A stretch of 43,163 bases of DNA from a virus, in the IMG/VR virus record IMGVR_UViG_3300045988_109965, positions 1-43,163 of that record. One strand, given 5' to 3'. Below the pieces are notes generated by a model, which saw nothing but the letters and a program-made list of their open reading frames with translations, did not search any database and had not been told where the DNA came from. Made by a program: the position numbers and the translations under genes. Positions 42,237 to 43,163 of this stretch are shown in pieces; position 1 is the first letter of the stretch; every line of letters starts with the position of its first letter.

Positions 42237-42944
42237 ATGAACGAACTAATCAAAGTTGACTTTAGCGGCGAAAAGCCAGCAGTATCAGCGCGGGAACTCC
42301 ACGAGTTTCTAGAGGTAGAAACACCGTACCACAAGTGGTTTCCCCGTATGTGCGAATATGGATTCGCTGAAAATGAGGATTACGCAGTCACGGACATTTT
42401 TGTCCATAACCCCGCTGGCGGCCCTCAGAGCATGAAAGATGCCGCCGTCTCTATCGATATGGCCAAGGAGATCTGCATGCTACAGCGGAACGAGAAGGGG
42501 AAGATTGCCCGGAAGTATTTCCTCCAATTGGAAAAGGATTGGAATAGCCCGGAAAAGGTAATGGCCCGTGCGCTCCAGATAGCAGATCGAAAGATTAAGA
42601 TGCTGGAGGCGGAGAAGGAGACCAACCGGCCGAAGGTGCTATTTGCGGACTCCGTGGCTGCCTCCAATACATCCATACTGGTTGGAGAGCTGGCAAAGCT
42701 CCTCAAGCAGAATGGGGTGGACACTGGGCAGAACCGTCTCTTTGACTGGATGCGGAACAACGGATATCTGATCCGCAGAGAGGGCACGGATTACAACATG
42801 CCCACACAGCGCTCGATGGAATTGGGCCTGTTTGAAATCAAGGAAACCAGCATTACACATGCAGATGGGCACGTTACAGTAAACAAGACTCCGAAGGTGA
42901 CGGGGAAAGGACAGCAGTTTTTTATCAACATGTTTCTTGGTTGA
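42237..42944 (+). CDS. ant: Phage antirepressor (AntA-like N-terminal domain plus KilAC/ANT C-terminal domain)
   Basis: SARELHEFLEVETPYHKWFPRMCEYGFAENEDY and LVGELAKLLKQNGVDTGQNRLFDWMRNNGYL...PTQRSMELGLFE. Confidence 0.85.
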   Translation: MNELIKVDFSGEKPAVSARELHEFLEVETPYHKWFPRMCEYGFAENEDYAVTDIFVHNPAGGPQSMKDAAVSIDMAKEICMLQRNEKGKIARKYFLQLEKDWNSPEKVMARALQIADRKIKMLEAEKETNRPKVLFADSVAASNTSILVGELAKLLKQNGVDTGQNRLFDWMRNNGYLIRREGTDYNMPTQRSMELGLFEIKETSITHADGHVTVNKTPKVTGKGQQFFINMFLG

Positions 42945-43023
42945 CAACCCACACGGGTGTATCGCTTAACAGGCTGTGACGGCTGGCCGTATCCGAGCCA
43001 GAGCTCGACAGTAGGCGGCGATG

Positions 43024-43050
43024 TAGCAAAGTCTAGCAAATGCTAGCAAA
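43024..43050 (+). repeat. Three TAGCAAA iterons with 10-bp phasing in the non-coding junction upstream of terS
   Basis: tagcaaa starts at 43024, 43034 and 43044. The flanking ~150 bp is a degenerate, stop-interrupted copy of 34028-34160. Confidence 0.6.
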
Positions 43051-43108
43051 CCGGGAGAGAGAAAAAGAAAGAAAACCGCCCCCTTTTTCCCCCTCTTCCT
43101 TCCCCCCT

Positions 43109-43163
43109 ATAACCCCCTATCTATTACCCCCTATAATCCCCCAGAAAAGAAAGAAAAAGAGAG
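43109..43163. repeat. Terminal direct repeat, copy 2
   Basis: Identical to 1-55. Confidence 0.95.

Larger units (their letters stand above)
1..43163. mobile_element. Complete temperate dsDNA phage genome (circular assembly, 43108 bp unique)
   Basis: Contains packaging, head, fibre and lysis genes, an integrase/ImmR/ImmA lysogeny module and a replication module. The first 55 nt are repeated exactly at the end of the window. Confidence 0.9.

Overview
The window is a complete, circularly closed genome of a GC-rich temperate tailed phage. Bases 1-55 recur exactly at 43109-43163, leaving 43108 bp unique. Shine-Dalgarno usage and gene content suggest a Firmicutes/Clostridia host, but that is inference only.

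Gene order on the + strand:
- Packaging and head: terS, terL, portal, scaffold, decoration-like protein, major capsid.
- Two collagen-like fibres, then a lysis cassette (endolysin, holin, XhlA-like).
- More virion genes, ending in a 1914-aa multi-domain, polyvalent-like protein.
- An AT-richer accessory island, followed by attP, the integrase and an ImmR/ImmA/Cro-like switch.
- Early genes: pentapeptide-repeat protein, SSB-like, replisome organiser, DnaB, RusA, C5-methyltransferase, Lar-like, YopX, DUF551.
- A ~1.1 kb ORF-free structured region.
- A reverse-oriented two-gene HTH cassette facing an antirepressor gene.

No tape measure, tail tube or sheath gene is recognisable.

Best candidates for something new:
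1. A GNAT toxin-like / short neutraliser-like / SecB-like three-gene cassette (24194-25560). It looks like a GNAT-type toxin-antitoxin-chaperone system.
2. The 40115-41265 hairpin-dense non-coding block, a candidate large structured RNA.
3. The polyvalent protein. It carries an HExxH module and a PBECR-like nuclease module. Its nuclease module is bracketed by a perfect 24-bp direct repeat.
4. Two places where the best coding frame switches inside a long ORF, each ending at a G homopolymer (19582-19932 and 36868-37398).
5. Duplicated, 10-bp-phased TAGCAAA iteron arrays, one inside the replisome-organiser gene and one at the genome junction.

All homology statements are motif recognition by eye, not database searches.
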